A stretch of DNA of 64,000 bases from Deferribacterales bacterium (GTDB lineage Bacteria; Chrysiogenota; Deferribacteres; Deferribacterales; Geovibrionaceae): assembly GCA_050253075.1 (NCBI GenBank), contig JBFWJS010000004.1, positions 32,001-96,000 of the forward strand, written 5' to 3'. Every line of letters begins with the position of its first letter. Within the stretch, counting starts at the first letter, position 1. Made by a program: the position numbers and the translations under genes. Positions 34,622-45,102 of the stretch are shown piece after piece. Below the pieces are notes generated by a model, which worked only from the letters and a program-made list of their open reading frames with translations, did no database searches and was not told the origin of the DNA.

Positions 34622-36007
34622 TTATTTATTCGTCATCTCTTCAGGTACAACATATTCGTCGAACTGCTCCGCAGTCAGATATCCCAGCTTAACCGCTGTT
34701 TCCTTCAGAGTAGAGTTCTCTGCGAATGCAGTCTTGGCTATCTTTGCGGCTTTGTCATATCCTATATGCGGGTTAAGAGCCGTCACCAGCATCAGAGAGT
34801 TATGAAGATATTCGTCTATCTTCTCCCTGTTCGGCTTTATGCCTATGGCGCAATTTTCTCTGAAAGAGTTCATGCTGTCCGCCAGAAGCTGAACAGACTG
34901 AAGGAAGTTATATATAATGACGGGCTTGAAAACATTCAGCTCGAAATTACCCTGACTGGCGGCAAATCCTATTGCGGCATCATTGCCGAATACCTGACAA
35001 GCTACCATCGTCACAGCCTCCGACTGCGTAGGGTTTACCTTACCCGGCATGATAGAGCTGCCCGGCTCGTTTTCCGGTATGGACAGCTCGCCGATACCGC
35101 ATCTCGGGCCTGATGCCAGCCAGCGGATATCGTTTGCTATCTTCATCATATTCGCAGCGAGTGCTTTCAGCGCACCGTGTGCGTGTGTAAGTGCATCGTG
35201 GGATGTCAGCGACTGGAACTTATTCGCCGCAGAGACAAACCTTTTACCCGTAACCTTTGAAACCTCAGCCGCCACCATAGGGGACAGCTTCGGATGTGCA
35301 TTCAGCCCTGTACCCACGGCTGTTCCGCCGATGGCGAGCTCCCGCACGTATTCCATAGATTCCCTTATCTGACGTATATTTGTCTCCAGCATGGCGACAT
35401 ATCCGCTGAATTCCTGTCCCAGTGTGAGAGGCGTCGCATCCTGCAGGTGGGTACGCCCTATCTTCACGATGTCCTCAAACTCCTCCATCTTTGCAAAGAG
35501 TGTGTCTTTAAGGTCTTCGAGAGCAGGGAGAAGCAGGTCTTCCACCTGTACAACGGCTGCGATGTGCATCGCTGTGGGGAATGTATCATTGGAGCTCTGA
35601 GACATGTTCACGTGGTCGTTCGGATGTATCGCTTTCTCCTCACGGAAATTCACGCCGAGTATCTCTGATGCTCTGTTGGCTATCACTTCGTTCATGTTCA
35701 TGTTTGTCTGTGTACCGCTCCCTGTCTGCCATACGGCGAGTGGGAACTGGTCTGCCAGTTCGCCTTTCAGTATGTCGTCACACGCCTGCTGGATGGCTTC
35801 GGACTGTTCGTCGTGGAGCTTGCCCAGGCTGTTGTTCACCACGGCGACAGACCTCTTCAGCACGGCAAAGGCATGTATGAGGCTGACGGGCATCTTTTCC
35901 CAGCCTATTTTGAAATTCTCTAAACTTCTCTGGGTCTGGGCAGCCCAGTAAGCATCTATCGGAACCTGCATTTCACCCATAGTGTCTTTTTCGATTCTAT
36001 GTTTCAT
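34622..36007 (-). CDS. fumC: Class II fumarate hydratase
   Basis: [43 protein letters not shown]. Confidence 0.95.
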   Translation of the reverse strand: MKHRIEKDTMGEMQVPIDAYWAAQTQRSLENFKIGWEKMPVSLIHAFAVLKRSVAVVNNSLGKLHDEQSEAIQQACDDILKGELADQFPLAVWQTGSGTQTNMNMNEVIANRASEILGVNFREEKAIHPNDHVNMSQSSNDTFPTAMHIAAVVQVEDLLLPALEDLKDTLFAKMEEFEDIVKIGRTHLQDATPLTLGQEFSGYVAMLETNIRQIRESMEYVRELAIGGTAVGTGLNAHPKLSPMVAAEVSKVTGKRFVSAANKFQSLTSHDALTHAHGALKALAANMMKIANDIRWLASGPRCGIGELSIPENEPGSSIMPGKVNPTQSEAVTMVACQVFGNDAAIGFAASQGNFELNVFKPVIIYNFLQSVQLLADSMNSFRENCAIGIKPNREKIDEYLHNSLMLVTALNPHIGYDKAAKIAKTAFAENSTLKETAVKLGYLTAEQFDEYVVPEEMTNK

Positions 36008-36171
36008 ATTAAAATACCTCTATTTATAGTTTAACACAGCACGGATGCTGTTCGCTTGCGGGAGGCAGCATTAACTTGTTCATGATGCCGACGTAAGTGA
36101 GTTTCCATGGACAGAAACTCACTTTAGTTAATCGGGTCTTTTTCGATTCTATGTTTCATATTAATACCTCT
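35984..36171. repeat. Direct repeat of fumC RBS and first 8 codons flanking hairpins
   Basis: gtctttttcgattctatgtttcatattaa(aa)tacctct at 35984-36021 and 36136-36171. Confidence 0.85.
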
Positions 36172-36178
36172 TAAATAC

Positions 36179-36271
36179 GTCATCGCGAGGAGGCTTTAGC
36201 CGACGCGGCGATCTTCCAAACTCATTTATTCTGAGATATCGGAAGATTGCTTCGCTATAGCTCGCAATGAC
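36179..36271. repeat. REP-like palindromic repeat
   Basis: gtcatcgcgag...gcgatct / agattgcttcgctatagctcgcaatgac. Confidence 0.75.
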
Positions 36272-36429
36272 ATAATGTTGTTATTTCAAATTATATCCCA
36301 TATTAAATTATGCCGACTAATCTGTTATCTATCAATTATATCAAAATTATACTACCTCAGCCCTTTTCTGCCATAGAAAATTATACCATGCTAATTTTAA
36401 ACCACCGTTCAAGTCTTGCTTGTAATTTT

Positions 36430-36447
36430 CAGTATATTGTATACAAT
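36430..36447. promoter_or_regulatory. TGTATACA operator upstream of class I fumarase
   Basis: Perfect palindrome attgtatacaat 36436-36447 preceded by cagtat; overlaps candidate TTGTAA-N16-TACAAT promoter. Confidence 0.6.
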
Positions 36448-36504
36448 CATAGGGCTGAGAATAATTATATTCAAAATAAATAACCTTAAATATGTGAGGT
36501 GGCT

Positions 36505-37371
36505 ATGGAACTCAAAGAGGCAATGCTTGAGCTGATCCGCAGAGCAACCACAGACCTTTCCCCGGATGTGGAAAATGCGATTCAGCAAGCGTACGACAGA
36601 GAGGATGAGGGCACGGCAGCTAAAAACGTTTTCGGTACTATCAGAGAAAACATAAAGCTCGCTAGAGAGGCTTCCACACCTATCTGCCAGGACACAGGCT
36701 CAGTCATTATGTATATTGACTTTCCTGTAGGCGATTCAGAGAAAAAGTACAAAGAAGCAGCAGAAGCAGCGGCTGCTGAGGCTACAAAGCTTCAGTATCT
36801 CCGCCCGAACGCTGTTGATCCTATCACAGGTAAAAACTCCGGCAACAACATAGGCGTTAATGCTCCTTACCTTCACTTTCACCAGTGGGACAAGGACGAG
36901 GTGAGAATCCGCCTTATGCTTAAAGGCGGCGGTTCTGAGAACGTGGGCGCACAATACAAGCTCCCTGATACGGCTCTCAAAGCAGGACGTGACCTTAAAG
37001 GCGTTAAAAAAGTTGTTATCGATGCAGTACAGAAAGCTCAGGGACAGGGATGCGCACCCGGCATTATCGGTATCGGTATCGGCGGCGACAGAGTTACATC
37101 TTTTGCCCTTTCAAAAGAGCAGTTCTTCCGTAAACTCGGCGAAAAAAGCGAGAATGCTGACCTTGCCAAACTTGAAGAGGAGCTTTACACAGACCTCAAC
37201 AAGCTCGGCATCGGACCTATGGGATTCGGCGGTAAGACTACCTGCCTCGGTGTTTACGCAGGCGTACAGCACAGACACCCTGCTACATTCTACGTTTCAA
37301 TCTCTTACACCTGCTGGGCATACAGAAGAAAGCAGATGACAATCAAAGGAAGTGAGGTGACATATGATTAA
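36505..37371 (+). CDS. Fe-S class I fumarate hydratase, alpha subunit (FumA/TtdA family)
   Basis: PICQDTG, LRPN, KGGGSEN, CAP, LGIGPMGFGG. Confidence 0.88.
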   Translation: MELKEAMLELIRRATTDLSPDVENAIQQAYDREDEGTAAKNVFGTIRENIKLAREASTPICQDTGSVIMYIDFPVGDSEKKYKEAAEAAAAEATKLQYLRPNAVDPITGKNSGNNIGVNAPYLHFHQWDKDEVRIRLMLKGGGSENVGAQYKLPDTALKAGRDLKGVKKVVIDAVQKAQGQGCAPGIIGIGIGGDRVTSFALSKEQFFRKLGEKSENADLAKLEEELYTDLNKLGIGPMGFGGKTTCLGVYAGVQHRHPATFYVSISYTCWAYRRKQMTIKGSEVTYD

Positions 37372-37942
37372 GCTCACTACACCTATCAGTGAAGAAACAG
37401 CTCGTTCACTCAAGGTGGGCGATGAAATACTTCTCACAGGGAAGATCGTGACAGCAAGAGACGCTGCTCACAAACTTATGATAGAAGAAAGACCGGACTT
37501 CATCCGTGAACACCTCAAAGACGGTGTTATCTATCACTGCGGACCTGTTGTTAAAAAAGAAGGCGACGAATACTCCTTCGTAGCCGCAGGCCCTACTACA
37601 TCATCCCGTGAAGAGCCTTATCAGGCAGCAGTATGCGAGGAATACTCCGTACGTGCAGTCATCGGTAAAGGCGGAATGGGACCTCTCACAGCAGCAGGAC
37701 TTCAGAAGGTGGGCGCTGTTTACCTTCACGCTGTCGGCGGTGCAGGATCTCTCATCGGTAAAATGGTTAAGAAAGTACACACAGTTTACAAGCTCGAAGA
37801 GTTCGGTGCTCCGGAAGCTTTCTGGGTGTGCGAGGTTGAGGACTTCCCATGTGTTGTCACTATGGACAGCCACGGCGGTTCACTCCACAAAGATATCGCT
37901 GCTGCTTCTCAGAAAGTAGCTGACGAGCTCATGGGCTTATAA
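37364..37942 (+). CDS. Fe-S class I fumarate hydratase, beta subunit (FumB/TtdB family)
   Basis: TARDAAH, YHCGPVV, AGPTTS.R, IGKGG, MDSHG. Confidence 0.88.
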   Translation: MIKLTTPISEETARSLKVGDEILLTGKIVTARDAAHKLMIEERPDFIREHLKDGVIYHCGPVVKKEGDEYSFVAAGPTTSSREEPYQAAVCEEYSVRAVIGKGGMGPLTAAGLQKVGAVYLHAVGGAGSLIGKMVKKVHTVYKLEEFGAPEAFWVCEVEDFPCVVTMDSHGGSLHKDIAAASQKVADELMGL

Positions 37943-38021
37943 GCATAAGCAGGCATGACACTACACTGTGAATATATGCAGTGTACCCGGTTTGCTCGTT
38001 TCCGTCGGTCACTCGATAACT

Positions 38022-38171
38022 TCATTGCGAGGAGCGACAGCGACACGGCAATCTAAAAAATGCAAAAATAAAGGGGAACCGCCGGTTCCCCTTTTTTGTT
38101 TGAAACATTTTAGTCATTCTGAGGAAGAATGAAATTCTGACGTGAGAATCTCAGACCTCTGCCCGAGTGAC
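38022..38171. repeat. Two REP-like units flanking a terminator
   Basis: tcattgcgaggagcgacagcgacacggcaatct (38022-38054); gtcattctgag...gagaatctcagac...gagtgac (38113-38171). Confidence 0.65.
38070..38097 (+). terminator. Intrinsic terminator
   Basis: aaaggggaacc-gcc-ggttcccctttttt. Confidence 0.75.
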
Positions 38172-38181
38172 AAATAATGGT

Positions 38182-38634
38182 TTAATTGCCCGGACAGTGT
38201 ACCGTAAGTACGGGACAAGGAGCCGAGCGGACAACCTTTTCTGCGGTGGAGCCGAAGATAACATGCTCCAGACCTGTCCTGCCGTGTGTACCGAGCACTA
38301 TCATATCTATGCCGTTCTCTTTGGCGTATTTGATGATCTCATCGTCGGCGATACCCTTCACCATAACTGTGGAGTATTCTATGCCTTCGAGGGCTCTGGT
38401 ATTTTCGACAAATTCCACCATCTTAGCCTTTGCGCCGTCTTCCATATCTTTTGAAAGATTCTGCACGGTGAGCTGAGGCAGGTAGAAAGACACCATCTGG
38501 GATTCATCCAGAAGAACATGCATCATAACGAGCTCCGCATCAAATTTCTTCGCCATTTCTGCCGCATAATAGAGCGCACATGCTGACGGATCGGAGAAAT
38601 CTGTGGGATATAATATTTTTGTAACCTTAACCAT
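38182..38634 (-). CDS. Universal stress protein
   Basis: ILYPTDFS, DMIVLGTHGRTGL...FGSTAEKVVR.APCPVL. Confidence 0.92.
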   Translation of the reverse strand: MVKVTKILYPTDFSDPSACALYYAAEMAKKFDAELVMMHVLLDESQMVSFYLPQLTVQNLSKDMEDGAKAKMVEFVENTRALEGIEYSTVMVKGIADDEIIKYAKENGIDMIVLGTHGRTGLEHVIFGSTAEKVVRSAPCPVLTVHCPGN

Positions 38635-38682
38635 CTTAATCCTCCTTATGGAGTTACATAGTACAATTGGTTTGTATAAATA

Positions 38683-39051
38683 TTATATACGATTTTCGAG
38701 AATTTTTCTGCAAAGATCTATGAGTTTTTTTACATCGTATGGTTTATAAACAACATCGATGGCACCCATTTGATAAGCTGATAGCATATTTTCGATATTG
38801 TCGTAGCCTGTGATGACGATGACGGGGATGTCACGTCCGAGGCTGCTGAGGGAGTAGAGAAACTGTATACCGTCTGAGACGGGCATAACGAGGTCGGTCA
38901 CTATAAGGTGATAGTCATTATCCTTTACCTTATCCAGAGCGAAAAGACCATTGCTGACAGAATCGACAACAAAGCCTTCTGCTGTGAAGATATCTGAAAG
39001 TGCGGATTTTTCCATCTCATTGTCTTCTGCCAATAAAATCCTATAAGCCAT
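38683..39051 (-). CDS. Single-domain response regulator
   Basis: ILLAED, IVTDLVMP..DG, ITGY, YKP. Confidence 0.85.
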   Translation of the reverse strand: MAYRILLAEDNEMEKSALSDIFTAEGFVVDSVSNGLFALDKVKDNDYHLIVTDLVMPVSDGIQFLYSLSSLGRDIPVIVITGYDNIENMLSAYQMGAIDVVYKPYDVKKLIDLCRKILENRI

Positions 39052-39055
39052 TACG

Positions 39056-39895
39056 TTACCCAAATAGTTGTATATAGTTATCTTCTAATTGTATACCAAG
39101 TTCGTATAGGTTTGCACCAATTATTTCGCATATCTGATGTAAATTATACACAACGTAAGCCGGTTCGTTTACTTTGCCTCTGTATGGCTCGGGTGTGAGG
39201 TATGGGCTGTCGGTCTCTATGAAGAGTCTGTCTGCGGGGACATATTTAACGGTGTCACGCAGCTCATCGGATTTTTTATATGTCACAGGCCCGGCATAGG
39301 ATATGTAGAATCCATTGTCCAGAGCCCATTTCTGCAGGCCTCTGTCTCCGCTGAAGCAGTGAATTATGCCGTTCTTTTCACGTCCTTTCACTATGGATGA
39401 GAGCACGTCTATGCAGTCTTTGTCTGAGTCTCTGTTGTGTATGACGACAGGCTTGCCCGCTGATACCGCAAGGTCTAGAAACATGGCGAAGACCTCTCTC
39501 TGTCTGTCTCTGGGTGAGTGGTCATAGAAATAGTCCAAGCCTATCTCGCCGACGGCAATGGCCTTAGGGTCTTTCAGCATCTCTTCGAATTCTGCTAACC
39601 GGGATATGGTGAACTGCTCTGCATCGTGCGGGTGCACACCCACGGTGTAAAAGACATTGTCCGCCCTTCGGCTGACGGCCTGCGCCTTGATGCTGTCTTT
39701 CAGGTCTGTGCCTATGGTGACGATGCGGTGGACGCCGTTCTCCGCAGCACGTGCGAGGACGCCCTCTGTGTCGTCGGCCAGAGGCTCCATGTGTATATGA
39801 GCATGGGTATCGGTAAACCTTGCCCCTTTCCCGACGGCACTTTTCAGCTCAGCGAGAAATTCAATATCGGCAAGGCTGCCGCGTTTTTTTATCAT
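39056..39895 (-). CDS. tatD: TatD family deoxyribonuclease
   Basis: DTHAH, GVHPH, GEIGLDY, HCFSG, ETDSPYL. Confidence 0.92.
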   Translation of the reverse strand: MIKKRGSLADIEFLAELKSAVGKGARFTDTHAHIHMEPLADDTEGVLARAAENGVHRIVTIGTDLKDSIKAQAVSRRADNVFYTVGVHPHDAEQFTISRLAEFEEMLKDPKAIAVGEIGLDYFYDHSPRDRQREVFAMFLDLAVSAGKPVVIHNRDSDKDCIDVLSSIVKGREKNGIIHCFSGDRGLQKWALDNGFYISYAGPVTYKKSDELRDTVKYVPADRLFIETDSPYLTPEPYRGKVNEPAYVVYNLHQICEIIGANLYELGIQLEDNYIQLFG

Positions 39896-41829
39896 TATTT
39901 AATGTCTGTTCCCGGTGCGACACTGTCTGGCAGTTCGAGCACTCTGTGCTGTTTGCCGTCAACAGTGGCAGAGAGTATCATCCCCTCTGAAAGCGTTCCC
40001 ATCAGCTTCGCAGGCTTCAGGTTTGCCACCAGTACTACAGTTTTGCCGACCATGTCTTCAGGCTCATAGCTCTTTGCTATACCGCTGACGACCTGACGTT
40101 TTTCTGTGCCGAGGTCGAGCTGCAGCTTAAGGAGTTTGTCGGATTTAGCCACTTTCTCACATTCGAGAACCTTGGCAGCTTTCAGCACCATCTTTTCAAA
40201 ATGGGCGAAATCTATCTCTTCCACCACAGGCTGGCCCTTGTCGTCCTTCTTCTTAGAGTCAGACTCTTTTTTCAGCTCTTCTATCATCTCTTTTTCGTCA
40301 ATTCTAGGGAAAAGCTGTTCAGCTTCGCCGAGTTTATGCCCTGATTCGTATGTGCGTATCTTGCGCAGTTCTGCTACGTCGGATTTCTCCAGCTCTGCTT
40401 TTGTACCGAGCTGACGGCGCATCTTAACCGCTGTTTCAGGCATGAAAGGATAAAGAAGGAGAGAAACGAGCCTCATGCCGTCGAGCACTGTATAGAGCAC
40501 AGAGCCGAGTCTGCCTTTTCTCGTTTCATCTTTCGCCAGAGCCCACGGGGCTGTCTCGTCGATGTATTTATTGAGTGCGCTCACCAGCTCCCACATTGTC
40601 ATGAGTGCTTTGTTGAACGCCATGTTTGTTATGTGTTCGTCCACTTCTCTGAAGACACGCTCGATGGTTTCCACCACTGCCTTGTCCTCCGGGCCTTCCT
40701 CTGTGAATGCGGGCACGACGCCGTCGAAGTATCTGTTAACCATACCCATAGTACGGTTAAGCAGGTTTCCGAGGTCGTTTGCGAGGTCGCCGTTTATCCT
40801 GTGTATCAGCGCTTTGAACGAGAAGTCTCCGTCCAGACCGAAAGGTACTTCCCTCAGCAGGAAATATCTGATGGCATCCACGCCGAATTTCTCTACGAGC
40901 CATGCGGGGTCTATGGCGTTACCCATAGATTTAGACATCTTCTGACCTTCCACTGTCCACCAGCCGTGTGCGAAAACGCTCTTCGGCAGAGGAATACCTG
41001 CGGAAAGGAGCATTGTCGGCCAGTATACCGTGTGGAATCTGAGGATATCTTTACCCACCACGTGATAGTCGGCAGGCCAGTATTTTTCGAAATCTGCGCC
41101 GTCGTGACCGTATCCGAGTGCGGAGATATAGTTTGTCAGAGCATCCACCCATACGTATATGATGTGGTCCTCATCCTCCGGTACGGGGATACCCCATTTG
41201 AATGTAACACGGGAGACAGAGAGGTCTCTCAGGCCGTCTTTTATGAATGATATGATCTCGTTACGTCTTGATTCAGGACGTATGAAGTCTTTGTTGTCTT
41301 CGATGTGTTTCAGGAGCTGGTCGCCGTATTTGCTCATTTTGAAAAAGTATGAAGGCTCTTTCAGAGTGGCGGTCTCACGTCCGCATGAAGGACAGCAGTT
41401 TCCGTCGAGGAGCTGTGTCTCTGTGAGGTATGTCTCGCAGGGAGTACAATACCAGCCCTCGTAATGACCGAGATAGATATCGCCGTTCTCCTGCATCTTT
41501 TTGAATATTTTACGCACGCCCTCTTTGTGGAGTTCGTCTGTAGTACGGATGAATTTGTCGTTGGAGATGTTCAGTATCTTCCACAGACCTGCAAATCTTT
41601 CCACGACTTCGTCGGCGAGCTGCTTCGGAGTGATGCCTCTCTTCTCGGCTGCCTGCTCGATCTTCTGACCGTGTTCGTCTGTCCCGGTGAGGAAGCATAC
41701 GTCGTATCCACAGAGCCTTTTGTATCTGCTCACTGTATCACAGGCAACTGTAGTGTATGCGTGACCGATGTGCGGTACGTCATTCACATAGTATATTGGT
41801 GTGGATACATAAAAAGTCTTGCCTGTCAT
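39895..41829 (-). CDS. metG: Methionine--tRNA ligase
   Basis: PIYYVND.PHIGH, KMSKS, C-terminal tRNA-binding domain. Confidence 0.96.
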   Translation of the reverse strand: MTGKTFYVSTPIYYVNDVPHIGHAYTTVACDTVSRYKRLCGYDVCFLTGTDEHGQKIEQAAEKRGITPKQLADEVVERFAGLWKILNISNDKFIRTTDELHKEGVRKIFKKMQENGDIYLGHYEGWYCTPCETYLTETQLLDGNCCPSCGRETATLKEPSYFFKMSKYGDQLLKHIEDNKDFIRPESRRNEIISFIKDGLRDLSVSRVTFKWGIPVPEDEDHIIYVWVDALTNYISALGYGHDGADFEKYWPADYHVVGKDILRFHTVYWPTMLLSAGIPLPKSVFAHGWWTVEGQKMSKSMGNAIDPAWLVEKFGVDAIRYFLLREVPFGLDGDFSFKALIHRINGDLANDLGNLLNRTMGMVNRYFDGVVPAFTEEGPEDKAVVETIERVFREVDEHITNMAFNKALMTMWELVSALNKYIDETAPWALAKDETRKGRLGSVLYTVLDGMRLVSLLLYPFMPETAVKMRRQLGTKAELEKSDVAELRKIRTYESGHKLGEAEQLFPRIDEKEMIEELKKESDSKKKDDKGQPVVEEIDFAHFEKMVLKAAKVLECEKVAKSDKLLKLQLDLGTEKRQVVSGIAKSYEPEDMVGKTVVLVANLKPAKLMGTLSEGMILSATVDGKQHRVLELPDSVAPGTDIK

Positions 41830-42569
41830 ATCTCTCCTCCGGAATTGTCTTCAAGGTCTTCAAGTTTCACAAATTCGTCGTCTGTATACTGGGTCTTAGG
41901 ACAGTGACCACATGGGATCTCTCCGCCCTCATAGACATCTTTTTCATACATAAGGCAGCACATCAGCCTTCCGCAAACCCCGGATATCTTCGTAGGGTTC
42001 AGGATAAGGTTCTGATCCTTTGCCATTTTGATGGAAATATTGTCGAACTTACGCAGGAATGTCGAACAGCAGAATTCTTTTCCGCAGAGTCCGAATCCGC
42101 CTATCATCTTAGTAGCGTCTCTCACGCCTACCTGACGCATCTCTATACGTGTGCGGAAGACTCTTGCGAGGTCACGCACGAGCGCACGGAAATCTATACG
42201 TCCGTCCGCAGTGAAGAAGAATGTCAGCTTGCTTCTGTCCAGAGTGTATTCTGCTTTCAGCAGTTTCATGTCCAGCTTGTGCTCCAGCACAAACTCTTTA
42301 CACTTGGTAAAAGCCTCCGGCTCTTCTTCCATATTTTTCTTTTTATTGGTGATGTCCTCTTCTGTTGCGAGCCTCACCAGCTTTTTCATCTCGGCTTTGG
42401 GGTCTACCTCGATCTCACGGTCGGAGTAGATGACATTCGCCATGTCCTCCCCTTTTTCGGTTTCGACTATAACTTTATCGCCGAATTTTGACTCCACTCC
42501 ACAAGAGAGGAAGTCATATATCTTGCCCGCAGGCTTAAAAGCTACTCCTGTAGCATTAACTTTTTTCAC
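41826..42569 (-). CDS. ricT: PSP1/RicT (YaaT) family protein
   Basis: FTADGRIDFR.LV, RIEMRQVGVRD, G.CG..CC, KISG.CGRLMCCL.YE. Confidence 0.88.
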   Translation of the reverse strand: MKKVNATGVAFKPAGKIYDFLSCGVESKFGDKVIVETEKGEDMANVIYSDREIEVDPKAEMKKLVRLATEEDITNKKKNMEEEPEAFTKCKEFVLEHKLDMKLLKAEYTLDRSKLTFFFTADGRIDFRALVRDLARVFRTRIEMRQVGVRDATKMIGGFGLCGKEFCCSTFLRKFDNISIKMAKDQNLILNPTKISGVCGRLMCCLMYEKDVYEGGEIPCGHCPKTQYTDDEFVKLEDLEDNSGGEI

Positions 42570-43422
42570 AAAGTACCTCAGCTGTTTTTACGTACAGATC
42601 CATTCTGAACATGTCTAAACTGACATTATACTCAAGGCGTTTTAAAATATCCAGTAAATAGTTAGAAAAGTCCAGAAGGGTTTCACAGCTGTTTTCTTTA
42701 TATTTTTCAAGCATATAAGTATACATAGATGCACAGTATGCCCTTATCTTCTCTTTTGTGTCGAGATTGCTGATCTCTGCATACAGTGCCGAGCGGTCTT
42801 TATCGGGTGAGAATCTGCCCGACTCATCAATATTTTCCAGCAGATACTGCGCATAGCTGACAGAGCCTGATGCATGCTCAGCTACACCTGCCGTGTCGAG
42901 CACTCCGCTCTGCATAAGCACCTGCTCCACCTCATCATTGGTCAGTGAAGAGAAGCGTATGTTGATGCATCTGGAGCGTATGGTCGGGAGAACATGCTCG
43001 TATCTGTCTGTTATCAGGAAGAAATGCGTATCCGCAGGCGGTTCTTCCAGAGTTTTGAGAACGGCATTCGCCGCCTCTTTTGTAAACGTGTGGGCGTTGT
43101 CGATGATATATATCTTCTTCTTCGCCGAAAGGGGGCTCATGAAAGCATCGTTGGATATCTGTCTTGCCACTTCTATCTTTACGGGGGATTCCTCTATCAT
43201 GTGTATGTCGGGGTGTTCAGACCCTGTCAGCACCCTGCAGTGCCTGCACTGACACGGCTGCATATATGTGCCGTCCGCGCATATGACAGACCTCGCCAGC
43301 TCCTTTGCAAAGAGCTTCTTCCCGCTCCCTTCACGCCCGCTGAAAATGTAAGCGTGATGGAGCTTCCCGCCGTCGATAATGTTTTTAAAGATATCTATCT
43401 CTTTCTTATGCCCTACTATCAT
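42556..43422 (-). CDS. holB: DNA polymerase III delta prime subunit
   Basis: HAYIFSG..GSGK, Zn Cys cluster, HPD, NAVLKTLEEPP, TIRSRC; follows tmk. Confidence 0.88.
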   Translation of the reverse strand: MIVGHKKEIDIFKNIIDGGKLHHAYIFSGREGSGKKLFAKELARSVICADGTYMQPCQCRHCRVLTGSEHPDIHMIEESPVKIEVARQISNDAFMSPLSAKKKIYIIDNAHTFTKEAANAVLKTLEEPPADTHFFLITDRYEHVLPTIRSRCINIRFSSLTNDEVEQVLMQSGVLDTAGVAEHASGSVSYAQYLLENIDESGRFSPDKDRSALYAEISNLDTKEKIRAYCASMYTYMLEKYKENSCETLLDFSNYLLDILKRLEYNVSLDMFRMDLYVKTAEVLCEKS

Positions 43423-44054
43423 ACAAAGTTATCCAGTATATGCATCACATCATTCAGCACAGCCTGAGGAGACTGCATGCCGTTGATGCGCCAAACATTT
43501 TCAAACTTACCGGCGTACCAGTCAAAGCCGTCTGCGACTTTTTTGAAAAAGTCCAGCCCCAAAGCCTCAAACTTACCTTCCGCCTCCACCATATTCTCAC
43601 GGCGGAGCCTGTCCATAGCTCTTTCCAGAGCAGTTTCAGGCTCTATCTCTATGATGAATGTGATGTCGGGCATACGCTTTATGCTGTGCTCTGTCAGATA
43701 GTCGAGAAAGTCCTTATCCAGTCCTCTGCCGAATATCTGATAAGCATATGTGGACGATACAAATCTGTCGGAAATAACATCATAACCCTCTTCCAGCGAC
43801 GGCAGTACCAGCTTTGTCTGATGCTCCAGCCTGTCTGCACAGTAGAGCATCATCTCAGACTCGGGCTCCAGGTCATACTGCTTGCTCACCACGAGCTGAC
43901 GCATCAGAAGCCCCGCTTCCGTACCGCCGGGCTCACGAGTCAGCTTCACCTTGCGCCCCATCCTTTCCAGCTTTTCACTCATCCCCTTTGACAGGGTTGA
44001 TTTACCGCATCCGTCGATGCCGTCTATGGCAACGAAGAGGTTATAGTCTTTCAC
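43419..44054 (-). CDS. tmk: Thymidylate kinase
   Basis: GIDGCGKST, TREPGG, DRF..ST.AYQ. Confidence 0.93.
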   Translation of the reverse strand: MKDYNLFVAIDGIDGCGKSTLSKGMSEKLERMGRKVKLTREPGGTEAGLLMRQLVVSKQYDLEPESEMMLYCADRLEHQTKLVLPSLEEGYDVISDRFVSSTYAYQIFGRGLDKDFLDYLTEHSIKRMPDITFIIEIEPETALERAMDRLRRENMVEAEGKFEALGLDFFKKVADGFDWYAGKFENVWRINGMQSPQAVLNDVMHILDNFV

Positions 44055-44977
44055 CTTGCACAGTCCTCTTTGCTCCCCTGCAGTTTATCTATACAGTGCT
44101 CAACAGCGCCGAGCACCACCTGCAGGTTTTCCACAGCGCCTTTCGGGCTGCCGGGAACATTTATAATCATAGTACCGCCTCTGGCACCGACAACAGCACG
44201 GCTTATCATAGCCCTGTTTGTTATCTTCATGCTTTCGGCACGCATAGCCTCTTCGAATCCAGGCATGCGCTTATCTATCACGTTCAGAGTAGCGTCGGGG
44301 GCGATGTCTCTCGGGGATACTCCCGTCGAGCCGTTTGTCACCACCAGATCTATCTTCTGCACATCTGCATAGTATTTAAGAGAGGTCTCTAGCTCTGCCT
44401 GCTCATCCGCCAATATTTCAGTGCGGAAGAATGAGGTGCTGAGATTCTCTTCCATCAGCTTCACAACGGCAGGGCCTGTCTCGTCCACACGCTCGCCTTT
44501 GCTCCCCTTGTCGCTGAGAGTCAGTACCGCAACGGAAAGTCCTTCCTTGCGTGTCAGTTTCACTTCATCGCCGACATTTATCTTTCCGCCGTTTATAACA
44601 ACGGCGAAAATTCCCTCCCTCGGCATAACACAGTCGCCCGCAGCGTAGAATATCGCACATCTTTTATGACATGTCTTACCCAGCTGGCTGATGACGAGCT
44701 CCACATCGCCTATGGTCAGCTTGTCGCCTATGCTAATGGATGTCAGGTCTATCCCTTCGGTCGTGATGTTTTCGGCGAAGTCTCCGCTGTCCACATCCAG
44801 ACCCTGATCTTTCATCTTTTGGATGCTCTCCATAGCCAGCAGGCTGACCTGTCTGTGCCACTTTCCCGCGTGAGCATCGTCTTTTATTCCGTGGTCTTTC
44901 ACCAGCTCGACAGAGTCCACGGGTGTCTTCTGCACCCCTTTTGTCTCGCTGATATTCAGGCTTTGAATCTTACCCAT
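44051..44977 (-). CDS. MOSC domain fused to MogA-like molybdopterin adenylyltransferase
   Basis: DAHAG.WHRQVSLL, FAENITT, GK.CH..C, CVMP.EG; then LSDK..D.TG, GSTG.SPRD, NVPGSPK. Confidence 0.85.
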   Translation of the reverse strand: MGKIQSLNISETKGVQKTPVDSVELVKDHGIKDDAHAGKWHRQVSLLAMESIQKMKDQGLDVDSGDFAENITTEGIDLTSISIGDKLTIGDVELVISQLGKTCHKRCAIFYAAGDCVMPREGIFAVVINGGKINVGDEVKLTRKEGLSVAVLTLSDKGSKGERVDETGPAVVKLMEENLSTSFFRTEILADEQAELETSLKYYADVQKIDLVVTNGSTGVSPRDIAPDATLNVIDKRMPGFEEAMRAESMKITNRAMISRAVVGARGGTMIINVPGSPKGAVENLQVVLGAVEHCIDKLQGSKEDCAR

Positions 44978-45102
44978 AATAAACACCTTCTAAATTTATA
45001 TGTCTGCATAATACTTCTTTAGTATTCTTTTGTCTTGAAAAAATAGAAGAAATGCTAAACATTGTCAAATATAACGCACTAATTGATTAAAGGAGTCTCA
45101 TT

